DNA from: the human T2T-CHM13v2.0 reference genome, Homo sapiens
Reading direction: 5' to 3' (one strand)
Assembly: GCF_009914755.1 (NCBI RefSeq)
Contig: NC_060941.1
Length of the DNA: 64,000 bases
The notes under the pieces are model-generated. The model saw only the letters and a program-made list of their open reading frames with translations. It did not search any database and was not told the origin of the DNA. Numbering within the stretch: the stretch's first letter is position 1; each line of letters starts with the position of its first letter. The position numbers and the translations under genes were made by a program. Positions 12,730 to 30,640 of this stretch are shown here, one piece after another.

Positions 12730-13600
12730 TTTGAAATTGTATTTCAAATTGAATTTTTTTTAAACTGAAAAAAGTTGTCACTTTAATTTTTTAATTATAA
12801 GTAACTTTATATTATTGCAACAAAACAAGTAGGTTGTAGACAAATTAGAAAATGTAAATTAGCCAAAAAAGCAAGTAAAAATGTCAATAATCCTATCACT
12901 CAAAAATAACCATTTATTATATATCCTTCTAGATTATGTACATCCAAACAATTAATATAATTAAGAGAGTGTTATAGTATAATATACTGTTTCCAGCTTC
13001 CTTTTTTCACTTAACTTGCATAAATTTGTTAATGATCTACATTATGAGTTGTAAAGGCTGAGGGATCGTCTATTGCTTGGCATTCTATATTTTATTCAAC
13101 TCATCTACTATTGTTGAACACAGATTATTTTCAATTTTTTGGTATTATCCACAATTTTGCAGTGAATTTTCTCAATTATTTCCTTAGGATCTATTGCCTT
13201 TTAATGAAACGGCTGGGTGAAATGGTCTATGTATTTTTAAGATTTTGAATACATATTACTTAATTTATTTTCAGAAATTTTATAGTGATTGTATGAGTAC
13301 CTATTTTTCTTTCCGTTTCCCAAGAAGCATGTGCTATTTTCTTTATTTATGATATCTACATATATAAAGTAGCACATGTAAGTTTATATATGTTTATTAC
13401 ACACATATATATGTATGTGTTATATATATATATAGTATATATACATACGTATATATGCACATAAGATACATACATATATATATACACATACTTTTCCAGT
13501 CTGAGAGGGGTGAAGTGGTATCTCATTGTTTTAACAGGCATTTCTTTGATCACTGAGGCTGGATTATTTTCATGTGTTCATTGGCCAAGTATATTTCATT
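12730..13600 (-). mobile_element. Old L1M (L1ME-like) fragments with embedded (TA)n-type microsatellite at ~13355-13490
   Basis: AT-rich; gtggtatctcattgttttaa...catttctttgat...ttttcatgtgttcattggcc. Confidence 0.7.
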
Positions 13601-15390
13601 CATTCAATAAATATTTATCACCTAAGTGTCAACTCTTCGAATATTTCTTCTATGAATTTCTGTGGAGAAAGATGTAACTTTTAAATGAGCAGTTGCTTTT
13701 TAAATCTCTTCATTTTCAACCTATGTCACATCTCTGGGTAACAGATTCTGGAAGCTGACTTGCATAAATCCTTTCCCATCTTCCACGGAATGATATGCTT
13801 GAGAACTTGTTATTGACTCTTCCTAGCCTGTTTTTCTCCTGCCTTTTCACTAAATAAGTATAGAAACTTGCAGACAAGATCCCAGCTAGGATGCCAGCTA
13901 GCTGTGCAATCTATCTGAACTCATTCCCTTCACAAGTCGAGCATTGGTCTTCCATGTCCAGAAACTCAATCTTTTAGTGCCCTGGAGCTGATCCTGAGTG
14001 GCTAACTCACCGTGAACAAACTCACAGGAGACCGAGTATATAAACCAGAGAGCCAACTTATTTATTTGAGATGAGAATTATAACTGTCAGGCAGACCAGA
14101 CAATTGCTGGACTCTCCAGTACAATTTATCTCAGGCAAGCTACAGAAGCAGCCCAACATCTCAAAAGGGTGCTTCATGAGTGGGAGATGCAGGATGAGGG
14201 GAGTAGGTGATAGGTTTGAAACTTTGCTAGCAGCATGCTCTGACAGTCTGGTGCTCCATTTCCCATGCTCTTCCCTAGACAGTGCCTAGGGAGAGGCAGT
14301 TCTGACTCTGCTTTGTGGCCGACTGGCACCCTCTCCTCTTCGTGGACGGCCCTATTGTACCTTAGCTGTGATCACAGTTCCAGGCAGAACACCATCTAGC
14401 TTGACTGTCCTGCCAGTCCTGTCTTTTAATGGTGATTTGACTCTTGCCTAACATGCTGACTTAATGTTTAAATTTTTGTTTTGTTTTGTCTTCCCATGTT
14501 CAATGCATGTATGCTGAGGACTTCCTATGTTTCAAGTATTGTGCTGGTATTGGGCATAAGGCTTGGGCTTCTGTTGGTGCCCGAGATAGCATGTTTGTAA
14601 GGCATGATGGTATTGGTCATCAAGTTTTTTCAGGGGAAGCAATTCTAAGTCAATCCTTCTTCATAGAATTGCCATTTTAGCCGCTCTGAAATGATGGGGA
14701 AGGTAACTGCAGCAGACCTCTCTGTGGCCTGCATTGCATCCATCTCTGCTTTCAGCCTCATCTGCAGTGGATGGTTCCATATGACCTCAGCCTTCCTCAC
14801 ATGGGCAGCATCCCCCTGTGAAGCACATCTTTGTGCTTTGTGCTCAAGGGCAATGTCTTATGTGGCTGAAGCCCAGAAAGGCGAGAGAGTTAATGCACCC
14901 AGAGGAACTCTTGGCCCTTGTGGGATGGGAGCCAACACAGAGGTGCTCTAGGCTCCCTTCCTTCGGGTGACCAATGCCAGGAGGCACCTGTTCATTTCTC
15001 AGGAGGTTCTTGCACAGGGCACATGTCCTATTGTATAGCAGCAGCCTCAACTAAAAATCCTTGTAGTGGCTTCTTTTCCTCTCTTATCTCCATTCCAGGG
15101 GTCATGCCCCAAATAAATAATACACACCCATATCCTTGTCTCTAACTGTGCCTTTGAGGGGGTGGCATGGAGGCCAGGAACAGTGGTCTTCCCAGGGGTA
15201 CAAGGGGCTGCAAAGGCAGCTCATGAAGCCCTGTGGACTTCCTTTAGAGACCACAGTGGGTGATGATGCCACTGTCAGGGAGCATGTGGTCTCTTCAGGA
15301 GGACCCAGGATTCCCCTAAATCCTTCTATCAGTGTGTCATTGGGAAGGAGGGTGACAATACCAGAAGAACCCTTAGAAAATGCTCCATAT

Positions 15391-15571
15391 AGCTGGGATT
15401 GCACAACTGCACTACAGTCTGGGTGACAGGGCAAGACTCTTTCTCAAAAAAAAAAAAAAAAGAAAAAAGAAAATAGAGAAAGAAAAGAAAAGAAGAAAGA
15501 GGAAGGAAGAAAGAAAAAGGAAGGAAGGAAGGAAGGAAGGAAGGAAGGAAGGAAGGAAGGAAGGAAGGGAG
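15391..15571 (+). mobile_element. Severely 5'-truncated Alu with tail expanded to GAAA/(GGAA)12
   Basis: Last ~55 nt of an Alu, A tail, (GGAA)12 at 15519-15566, TSD agaaaatgctcca (15375-15387 / 15572-15584). Confidence 0.9.
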
Positions 15572-15633
15572 AGAAAATGCTCCAAATAACCACTAAGACT
15601 TTACTTATTGGATCCCCTGAATAGAGGAATTTC

Positions 15634-16030
15634 CTGTCTCGGGTCGGGTTTCTTAGAAGTTGAGCCTGAGACAAGATTCTTGGGCAACTGTGTTATTGAG
15701 GGAGTTTTCTCAGGAGATGGGGAGAAAAGAAAGAAGGGTGGGGCAGGGTAGAAAGCTAAGCAAGGTGTGGTCTCAGCTGGTGACTGGCTCCTGCGTGATC
15801 CTACGAAGAGCTCTGGGGCACAGAGTGTGTAGCAATGTTGATCAGACTTTGAGGCAGAATGTACCCTTTGTGCCTCCATGTGGGTCAGACGCTGACCAAA
15901 GCCTGCCTCCCTCCTCACAACACTGTCCTAGCAAGGTGGCTCAGATTCTGAGCAGGGAACTCTTCCCAGGAGCGCAAGGGTAGATGCATCAACTCAACCA
16001 AGGAGACCTGGGCAGGGCACAAGCACCTAT
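15634..16030. mobile_element. Ancient ERVL/MaLR-class solo LTR (LTR33-like)
   Basis: tgtctcgggtcgggtttcttagaag...gagcctgagacaagattc...ttattgagggag. Confidence 0.6.
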
Positions 16031-16706
16031 GTTTCCCTGTGTGAGGAGCTCCTAAGGAGCAAAAGAGACCACTTTTCCTTCAAGTTGTCACAATGCAGAC
16101 TTCTGCTCTGGCTGTGAGCTTTGAAGCTTCCCTCGCCCACAGTTCTCTGCTTAATCTTTACAAGCATCTCTCTCTCCATCCAAAACAAAATTCCAACTGA
16201 GAGCTCAGGGGAGTGCCAGGGATTCTCTCCACATAAAGATAGGTGGCAGATTTTTTAATGTTGTGACATCATCCTAGTCATTAGCATGAAAATTCTCATA
16301 AATCTCCATCATTCCCTCCAGGGTTGCAAGCTGATAATTAGGAATCTTTTTTATAAGCTGAACACCAGAGCATTTCCTCAAGCATTCCATTGCCTCAGAA
16401 GAGAAACATCTAGCGCTACATAAGGATTGGTGACAGGAAGCTCAGGAGGTATCCACCCTGCCTAACCGTTGGGGGCAGATGCCAAGGCAACTCCTTGCAG
16501 CAATACCTCAGAGTCTAATTCCACAGTCATCAGATCTTCCATTGAAAACACTAGGTCCAATTCTAGTCCTGCTGCTCACCAGAGTAGGGGCCCTTGACAA
16601 CACACCTAACTTCCTTCAACCTTGGTGAGCTCATTCACAGGGGCAGAATAAAGATTAGATTCCAAATGAACATAACAGCACCTTATGAAAAGACACTAAA
16701 TCACTG

Positions 16707-16906
16707 ATGTGCTGGTAGACAAGCTGAAGGAGGGGGATCTCAGGGAGGAGGACCCCAATATATAGCATGTTCCAATCCCCATGGTGTAAATATTCCCACT
16801 GTGGCAGACTTCAAACTACCTATGGTTTAACACCAGCTCAAGAAATCCCTGAATGTTTGAAACTCTGCTCAATGGAGCCAGTAGAAGGCAGCTACAGCAC
16901 ACTACC
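16707..16906. mobile_element. ORSL-like hAT DNA transposon relic
   Basis: ccatggtgtaaatattcccactgtggcagacttcaaactacc motif; gtgtgctg...cagcacac ends. Confidence 0.65.
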
Positions 16907-17312
16907 AGTAAATCCATCAAAGTGGTAGTCACTGGTACCTTCTCAGATAGATAAATGGTTAGAAAAGGGGACAACTAGGACTGTTCCTGGCCATGGATAG
17001 TCTCTGCAGTGACTTCTGAAAGAGTCTTGGTATAATACTCATTCCAAATCTTCACACACATGGATTAAAAAATCCCCAAAGCTACACCACTTGCTGCAGC
17101 CAAGCCCAACCCAAATTCAGCACCTTCTGGTACAAGTATTGTGCGCAGACATCATGCTGAGAATTCAAGTCTTTGAGACTGAGGGACCTGGTACCCCTGG
17201 TAGAAGTCTAGAAATCAGAAAGTGGATTAGGGAGATAATTCTGGGTTTAATGAGCATATAGATCATAATGGTGTAAGTATCCAGGAGACTGTCAAAACTT
17301 TAAACTTCTAAA

Positions 17313-18125
<813 letters not shown>

Positions 18126-18646
18126 TGAGATGCTGTGCCCTCTTGGTTTCTATGAACCTCTGTAGGGTTTTCTGCTTGCCAGAGGGTTTATCAAAGTATT
18201 TCTTCCAACCCCATCAAATATCCTCCACCACCAATAGAACTATGGTTCTTTGTGTCTTAGGAAGGGCAGGGCTGGACACACACATTTTAGGCCACACATG
18301 CAGAGGTGGCGTGGTGCCGTGGTCGAGAGCACAGGTCTAGATTTCCTGGTCTCAGGTCCCACTGCCATTTTGCATTAACTGTAAGTGTTGGCAGCTGCCT
18401 GGTTTTATTTTTGTGCCTTATTTTCTTCTTTGTAAAATTAACATGTTGACTATGGTTCAGACTGAAGGAATCGATAAGTAAGATGCTTAGAACTATGCTG
18501 GGCACATAGTGACATTAGCTTTTACTATAATTGATAGAGGTCAGTGATAAGAAACAGATGGGCTCTCAAATGATAGTTTTTTTGCTTTGTTTTGTTTAAA
18601 AGGCTGGGGACAGAGATTTGCTGAACTTTAACATGTTGGGCCAGGA

Positions 18647-18696
18647 AACACACACACACACACAAACACATACACACATACACACATACACACACA
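18647..18696. repeat. Imperfect (CA)n microsatellite
   Basis: acacacacacacacacaaacacatacacacatac. Confidence 0.9.
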
Positions 18697-18828
18697 AATG
18701 TCCACACCCTGTGATCTGTACTGGCTTATTTCACTTGAAATTTATGATTCCAAATCTCAGATTGGGGTTTGACACTCCCAGGTATCTTATTGTTTTTCTC
18801 TAACATGTTTGTTTTTCTGTGGTAAGAC

Positions 18829-19013
18829 AGTCATCCTCAACCCATGTGGCCAGTAGAATCACCTAGAGAGTTTTTAAAACTACAGATGCCCAGACCCCAT
18901 CCAAGACCAATTGAATCACTATAGGAATGCTGGGGAAAGGAGGCACCCATTGGAATATTTTGAAAGTTCTGCATTCAGGTGATTCTGACGTGCAGCCAAG
19001 ACAGAGAAACATT
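18829..19013. mobile_element. MER5-family DNA transposon
   Basis: tagaatcacctagagag...cagatgcccagacccc...caggtgattctgacgtgcagccaag. Confidence 0.8.
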
Positions 19014-19399
19014 CCTTTAAGAGGATTATTTTGTACCTTCTGTTTCCTCTAATCCTCCTACTCTCCCTTCTCCTTTCAACTCCCAGCTGATGAACTTGTC
19101 TCATGCTTCACTGAGGAAATTGAAGCTGTCTGAAGGAAACTTCCCTATCCACCCATGGTCAAAACCATTGAAGTATCTCTGTCTGGAGCCATAGCCTCTC
19201 CCTTCTCCTCTACAGAGGAAGTGTGTTTCCCCAACTCCCACTTCCTCACGTGTTATTGGAAAGCTTGTCCTCTTCCCCTCTCCCTCCTTCACCAGTCCCT
19301 CTTTCTGCTCAGACTTTGCCTCTTCTCCTCCGCTGCCAAAGGTGCTCTAGTTTCTCTTAGCTTGGAGAACAGTAACAAAAGCAAACCCTTTCCCTTGAC

Positions 19400-19890
19400 T
19401 ACACAAACACTATTCACAATAGCCAGGAGGTAGAAGCGGCCCCAGCATCCGTCAGCAGACAAATGGACAAATAAAGTGTGTCCATCTCTACAATGGGATA
19501 TCATTCAGCCTGAAAAAGGAAGGACACTGACCCATGATCCAACATGGACAGGCCCTGAGGACATTATGCTGAATGAAATAAGCCAGTCACAAAAGAACAA
19601 AAATTCAACAATTTCACTTATGTGATGTATCTAGAGTAAGCAACTTCGTGGAGAGAGAAAATAAAACAGAGGTTACCAAGTGCTGCAGTGAGGAGGGAGG
19701 AATGAAGAGTTGTTGTTTATTGGGGACAGAGTTTCAGCTAGGGAAGGTGAAAAAGTTCTGGAGACGGAGGGTGGTAATAGTAGGACAACTACGAACGTAC
19801 TTAACGCCACTGACCTGTACATAAAAAATGGTTAATGTGGTAAATTTTATGTTATATATATTTTTTCACGATTAAAAACAATAATAACAG
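19400..19890 (+). mobile_element. L1MB-like 3' end
   Basis: attcacaatagcca...acattatgctgaatgaaataagccagtcacaaaag...aatggttaatgtggtaaattttatg. Confidence 0.85.
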
Positions 19891-19949
19891 CTGTAAATAC
19901 CTGCCCCCCACCAAACTCCCATATGTTTCTCAGCCCATAACCAGTCTGG

Positions 19950-21245
19950 TTTCCACCTCCCCCACGCCAACAAGCCTGCTCCAGCTGAGGTCACCTTGAC
20001 ACACATGTATGCAAATCCAGTAAATACCTTCTTTCTTTCCTTCATTTAACCTAGCTGAAGCATTCAGCTGTCCTCCTGAGATGCTGTGCCCTCTTGGTTT
20101 CCATGACATCGTGCTTTCTCATTTTTAACTCCTAACTGCTTTCCTCTGTCATTGGCCCCAAGCTTTAGGTTTTAGGTTGAAGGGCTTCCTCTGTTCTCTC
20201 CTAGACCTTTTCTCTCTCCTCTCTGTGTACACACTGTTCTTTTATCTAGGGTAATTCATCTAGTCTCATAGTTTTAAATACAGTCTCCATGTGGATGATT
20301 CTCAAAATTACATCTCGAGCCTCGACTTTTTCTCTGAACTCCAGAATCATAAATTCTACTGCCTACTTGACATCAACACTTAGATGTTCCACAAGCATCT
20401 CACACTTAATGTGTTCAAAATGGAACTTCTGACTTTACATTCCCCACCTGTCTCACCACCACCAACTGTGCGCCCAACAAATTTTTCCCCATCTCAGCAA
20501 AGGATGAATTGTTTGAATCTCAGTAGCATCCCTAATTTCCTTACACCCCATATATAATGCATTAGTAAATCCTGACAGTCCTACCTTGAAAATATGTCTT
20601 AGATCCATCCACTTTTCTGCACATCCACTCTGTATTTAGTCTAAGTCACCAACTTTCCTTAGACTGTTAGAGAAGCCTCCTTACTGGCCCGGGGTCTTGA
20701 ATGATTCTTCTTCTTCAATGGTATCTCAAGCCTCTCTCCTTCTTGCTCTAAGCTGTGATCATCCAGCTACACTGATCATTTCAGTGTTGCAACTATGCTT
20801 ATGCTCAGCTTAGCTCATCTCTTTCCTACGTCAGGGGCCTTTGCACATACAGTATGCACACGTGCACACACACATCCCATGCACACATTTCCCTCTCTCG
20901 CTCCTCTAACCCAATGTCCATTTGCATGGCTGGCCCCTTCTCATCCATGAGACCTCTGCATAAATATCACTTCCTCAGAGAAAACTACCTCGATCACCCT
21001 AATAGACACCACCTCCTGTTTTTATCTGTTCCTTATGTCTAATTGTCATCTTTTCAGCCTTATCACTATGAGCAATTCTTTCTGTGTATTTAACTTATTA
21101 TTGCCTATCTCTTCCAATACATTCTTAACACCATGAGTACAAGAACTCTGTCTGTTTGGTTCACCACTGTATTTGTAGAAACCCCTGAGAGAGTTTTCAC
21201 CTGGGACAATGGACGCGCAATAAATACTTGCTTGACAGAATGGGG
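19950..21245. mobile_element. L2 (long 3' portion)
   Basis: ctctgaactccaga...ctgcctacttgacatc...aagcatctcacacttaa...ggttcaccactgtat...caataaatacttgcttga. Confidence 0.85.
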
Positions 21246-21707
21246 AACATTGTCATCATGGAACATGGTGCTTTGGATTTAAAGCTTGGGTTCAAATTAA
21301 GATAGACTTTTCTGGTCATGTTCTAGAAATTTATAACTCTGAATGTTCCCTCATTTTTATTTGCTAACAAAAATTTCTTTATTAAGATAACTGATCTTAA
21401 ACACTATTAACCAGTGGATTATATTGTTCTTTAAAGCAAGGTTTTGAAGACAATAATTAAATATATATTTTGCAATTAAAGCAAGATTTTAGTAAAATGT
21501 AGTATGTATTTGGTATCTTTTTCATAAATTCCCAATGTCAATTCATCCTTATTCTAAGTTTGGTCAAAATCCTCTTAGGACTTGAGGCTTCAGGTCAATC
21601 TGACTTCAAAAATACTTGCAGCTCATCTTAGGGTTGCTGGCTATAAAGTTTTAGAAACTCTTCATTGTGATGGCCACCTATCAAATACTAGTGATGAAGA
21701 AACTGAA

Positions 21708-21998
21708 GGCAGGCGCAGTGGTTCACGCCTGTAATCTCAGCACTTTGGGAAGCCAAGTTGGGAGGACTGCTTGAGATCAGGAGTTCGAGACCAGCCTGGA
21801 CAACATAGTGAGACCCCATCTCTACAAAAAACAAAAATTAGCCAGGCAGAATGGCACGCACCTGTAGTCCCAGCTATCCAGGAGGCTGAGATGAGAGGAT
21901 TTCTTGAACCCAGGAGTTCAAAAGTGCAGTGAGCTAGGATCACGCCTCTGCATTCCAGCTTGGGTGACAGAGCAAGACCCTGTCTCTTAAAAACAAGA
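21708..21998 (+). mobile_element. AluJ
   Basis: Full dimer with J-type diagnostics (gtgagaccccatctctacaaaaa). Confidence 0.92.
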
Positions 21999-22068
21999 TA
22001 AACTAGCTAGACTATATCTCTTATCTCTCAGCTTATCTTTTCTCTCTTTGAAGAAACAGGAGTAGTGA

Positions 22069-22448
<380 letters not shown>

Positions 22449-22450
22449 CT

Positions 22451-22922
22451 ATTATTATTATTATTTAGTTACAGGGTCGCTTTGTCGCCCAGACTGGAGT
22501 GCAGTTGCATGATCTTGGCTCACTACAGCCTCAACCTCCTGGGCTTCAGTGATCGTTCAGCCTCAGCCTCCTGAGTAGCTGGGACTACAGACACGCAACA
22601 GCACGCCTGGGTATTTGGTTTTTTAATTTTGTATAGAGAAGTTGTAGTTTGGGATATCAGGGGGATTTGGACACCAAAGAGTCAGGCTGTTTCTGACTAA
22701 TTAGGATAGTCTAAGGGTGTGTGTTGGGGATGCCTGCTATGAAAATGGTGTGCTTTGATATTTATTTAAAATGTGCCTATGTTCATCTCCTTTATTCTCC
22801 ATGTAGCTATTTACTGGAAAGTAAAGTAAATATCAGTTAAAGGTTCTCTATGTTGCCCAGGCTGGCCTTGAAGTCCTGGCCTCAAGCGATCCTCCCGCCT
22901 TGGTGTGAGCCACTGTGTTTGT
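22451..22922 (-). mobile_element. AluJ split by a ~200 bp non-Alu insert (22640-22842)
   Basis: Alu sequence stops at gtatagaga and resumes at ggttctctatgttgcccaggctgg. Confidence 0.85.
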
Positions 22923-23897
22923 CCAACATTGTTTTAAGAAACCCAAACCCATGACCAGGATCTATCTCAGTAGACAGTGTATTTCATATTATTTGTTCCT
23001 TATCACACTGAAGCATTTTCAACAAGAAATATTTTATACTGACTTGCATGCAATAATACTTTACACGTAGGCTTCCAGAAGTTTCTTTGCCTTCCCAAGT
23101 TTCCAGACATGCCTTGAGGCTTCCTCTAGAGTCACTATCTCCAGAGCTGCTTTTCCAAAACAACTTGTACCATTGCTTAAGCAGACGTTTTTGAAGATTT
23201 TTCTTCTTTTGCCAACGTTTATGCCCGGTTTCTTAGCAGATGTTTAGTCTTGTTTCATCCAGGATACGGATGCTGAGCTCTCTCTGAGCCTCTAAAAAAA
23301 TCCCATGGTAAGTTTTTAGGAACCACCAACTAAGCCTCTTGGTTAACAAGCAAGGACTATGTAAAGGCACGTTCTAGGGCTGAGCAGAGAAGTTGGAGAG
23401 ATCTCCTGCTCAAAAGAAATAAAAGGCAGAAAACCCCCCGTTGGCTCCGATCGGATTTGCTGCTGTAGTTTCACTGTAGTCATTTCTAGCAATTTATTCC
23501 TCTCCTTGTCTGTGGGAGGATTAGAGTCTGCAAAAGGAATCTGACAAAACACCAAAAAGTGTAGCTGAATGAAAATGCTGAAATATCACTGCAGAGGCAG
23601 GCAGATGTCTCTCTGTGAGCCAGGGAGATAGATATGCCTGAGAGAGGAGAAAAGAGCATTTGTACAAAGCTGGAGCCAGAAGTCAAAGTGGGAGCTTGAG
23701 ATGTGAGGGGGATTTGGCCACTGAAGAGTTGGGCTGATTCTGACTAACAAGGATAGTCTAGGGCTCTGCCTGTGTGGGCGCCTGGCTGTGAAAATGGCAT
23801 GCTTTGATATTTATTTAAAATGTATCCATGTTTATCTCCCTGATACTTCATACAGCTATTTACTGGGGAGTAAAGAGCTATAATCTTGAACTCTTTA

Positions 23898-24300
<403 letters not shown>

Positions 24301-24656
24301 AATACACATACTTTTCAGCTTGAATTAGAGGACAAGGTCACACTTCTGCCATCTGGTAATAGGGCCCCGAAACTACTGAGAAAGGGACTGCACCCCACTT
24401 CTTCAGTTATGAAAAGATAACACCAAAAATCATAAGAGAGCAACTTGTTTCAAAGGGAGACAGAAAACAGGTATTCTAGAAAGACAAGTTGCTTTTATTT
24501 TTCTTCTATAGGTTAATATGGTCCATAATTATGAAAGAAAGTGTCCCAGAAGAGGTAGATTGAACTCATAGATAAAAAATTAGCAGCATGTTTTTAAAAA
24601 CCAAGGTATTTATCTAGGTAGTGGGCTTATAGATAATTTTATTTATTTTTCCATAA

Positions 24657-24981
<325 letters not shown>

Positions 24982-25521
24982 CTATTTCTCTATAATTTCT
25001 GAATGTTTTGCAGCATCAGTCACTTCTATAATCTGACACTTGAAAATAAATAAAACTGTCCTATTTTAAACATCAAGCAGTTAGAGATTATCTCGCTGTA
25101 CTTTTTAGAAAAGTAATTCCTACACAGTTGAAACCCTGAGATGACGGGGGGGTAGATGATCCTTTCATGTCTAACAAATGAAAGGCCAGCAGGGTTTTGT
25201 GGTTACAAGTTTGATTTTTGTTTTTGTTTGTATATCTTTTATCTTGTTTCAGAAAGGAATTCAAAGAGCCTTTCAAAGGCAAAAGAGGATTTAAAAGGTG
25301 GAGTAAGTGAAACACGTGGAGGGGATAGAATTAAGCTGAATTATGTGGCCCAGGCATCTACTCACCTGCATATTTGATCTGGCCATTCCAACAGCCAGCC
25401 AGAGAAATGGAATCTTCTCAGTTATACGATTCATCATGCCCACAAGAAGAACACAACCAGTCGTAGGGGAGATGTACACTTATTGGTACAAAGATGAGGC
25501 ATTCTCCCAGTAGTCCTCTTA

Positions 25522-25848
<327 letters not shown>

Positions 25849-25912
25849 TTATAATAAACAAGATTATCACAAATGATAAATTTTAAGGGTTGTTTTATAT
25901 AACAGTCTTTAT

Positions 25913-26205
<293 letters not shown>

Positions 26206-26919
26206 CCTGTCTTCAATAAACTAAGGGTATCACTCCGAAGTGAAGGTCAGTAAAAGCACACATGATGGTGGCATGACCCTACCAAGGGGACCCCCCCCCC
26301 CGCTCTCTGCTGATTTGGTGTGGCCCAAATATGGTTTCAATTATCAGGATGAGTAAATGGCCTATATTCCTTTTCTAAAGTTCTCTCTGGATATCATTTC
26401 TTTCAGCTAAACTGTTGGTAAATACTGCATGGGAGGGAGCTGGAGATTGCATTCCTGGGCAGTGCAAATCCTCTGTTTTGTAATAAACAATGAATCTGAA
26501 AGAAGGTCTCATCTGCTTATGAAAACTAAGAAGCCTGGCAAGAGTCCTTGCCTAGTTTGACAGCAGACCTGAGTCAAAGATGTGCCTGCAGACTGTCCCC
26601 ACAGACACACTACTATTTTCTACCTGCTCCACACGTGTACAGGTGGTCCCCAGAGCATCGCACTTGTACTCTATGTAGCAGAGACAAAATCATTTTACCC
26701 TGCACAGCTTTGTAGAGCACATGCAGCCACATGCCCACACTCTGAATGATACCAGGAGGTATGACTTGTCTCTCTAACTCCTGTTAACTTCCCCGATGGT
26801 TCATCTGGGGGTCTTTTCTACTTAGAACCCAATGATAGTTCCACGTTATACAGCTGAGTTTTAAAAACAAACCAGAATGGAGCATTTAAGCATTTTGCTG
26901 AAGCATTTTGCTTCTTGGG

Positions 26920-27252
26920 TTGCTTAAGAACCATTCTGCATGGTGGCTCTGATCCTTACTAGCTTTTTGTTTTTATAATTATTTTGTATTCATACATATA
27001 CAATATTTGTATATATTTCTGGGGTACATGTGATATCTTGATGCCTCAAGCTATCTATCATCATATATTATAATGATCAAATCAGGGTATTTAGGCTATC
27101 CATCGCCTTGATAGCTTCTTGACTTTAATAAGCACTCCAGATGAGATCCTGCCTACCTGGACCAAGTGGAAAGTGAATCCCATCTTCCAAAAGGGAAACC
27201 CTTTACCACCCAAGAATACAGACCTATTTCTTTCCTGGACATTTTTCCCAAA
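26920..27252 (+). mobile_element. Ancient non-L1 LINE ORF2/RT fossil (L4/RTE-X- or CR1-like) interrupted by a small L1MA-like fragment (~26970-27111, - strand)
   Basis: Reconstructed peptide ...ILPTWTKWKVNPIFQKGNPLPPKN(Y)RPISFLDIFPK. Confidence 0.7.
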
Positions 27253-27748
27253 GAATAGGCCAGCTTCTGGCTTGATTAACCATGGGTTTGGGTTCCCCAG
27301 GTGAACATTCCTCACCATTCATATGAAGAATGATGGATGAGTCTTGGCTATTCCATAAAGAGCTCTGTAATATGTACTCCTGCCCCGTGAGGAGAACCAT
27401 TAAATAATATAGTAGATCACACATAAATATGATGGGAGTTTCCTTGAACTTTGGTTCATGGACAGGAGTCAAAGGTTAAGCTATAATCATTCCACATAGA
27501 TTCTTTGTTTGGATTGAAATATAGAAATTGGAGTCTAGTATTACTATAAGAGTTGGTAAAAATGTTGCTTTCTTACTGAGTCTACTGCTGGATGATGTGT
27601 ATGCCTTTCCAGCCATATAAGGATGAGAAGGATAATCATTCTTTTTATATTCAGTTAGTATTATTTATTAGATAATTAAATTAGAAATAACCTCATGAAA
27701 AAACTGGTTTGTCTGGGTAATTACTGCCACAAAAAATGACATAGTTTA

Positions 27749-27962
27749 AGGGTTGGCACTATGAGAGTGGGTCAAATCTGGCCTGCTATCTGTTTTTGTA
27801 AATAAAGTTTTATTGGAATACAGTTTCACTTCACTCGTATATGTATCATCTACGATTCTAGAATGGTAGAATTAAGTAGTTACAAGAGAGACCGTACAGC
27901 CTACAAATCCTAAAATATTTACTCACTGCCTCTTTACACACACAAAAAATTGTCAACTCTTG
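27749..27962. mobile_element. MER58A DNA transposon
   Basis: caaatctggcc...tgtttttgtaaataaagttttattggaa...cctaaaatatttact. Confidence 0.85.
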
Positions 27963-28299
27963 ATACAGAACACCTAAAAATCTGAAGTTATTGTTTTTGG
28001 TAGGTAGTCCCTAGTTTTTATTCACTTACACAAAATCTCCCTAATATCCCTGAATCAGACCACCTTGTATGATCCAATTGCCATATCTATCAACCAGTCT
28101 GTTCTCTCAAGGTTTACTGGTAATTATGTACTCATTGGTATATTAATTGTGTTTTTAAGGCAAAGAACTTTACAATAAACTTTAAATGTTATAAAATCCT
28201 AGAGAGTTCCTTCCAAATTTGGGGGGTTGGGGGTACTTTATAACTGCCTTCATTTGTTTTTGGCTACTCAATAGTATTTACCAAACTAAGCAGTTGTAT

Positions 28300-30640
<2,341 letters not shown>

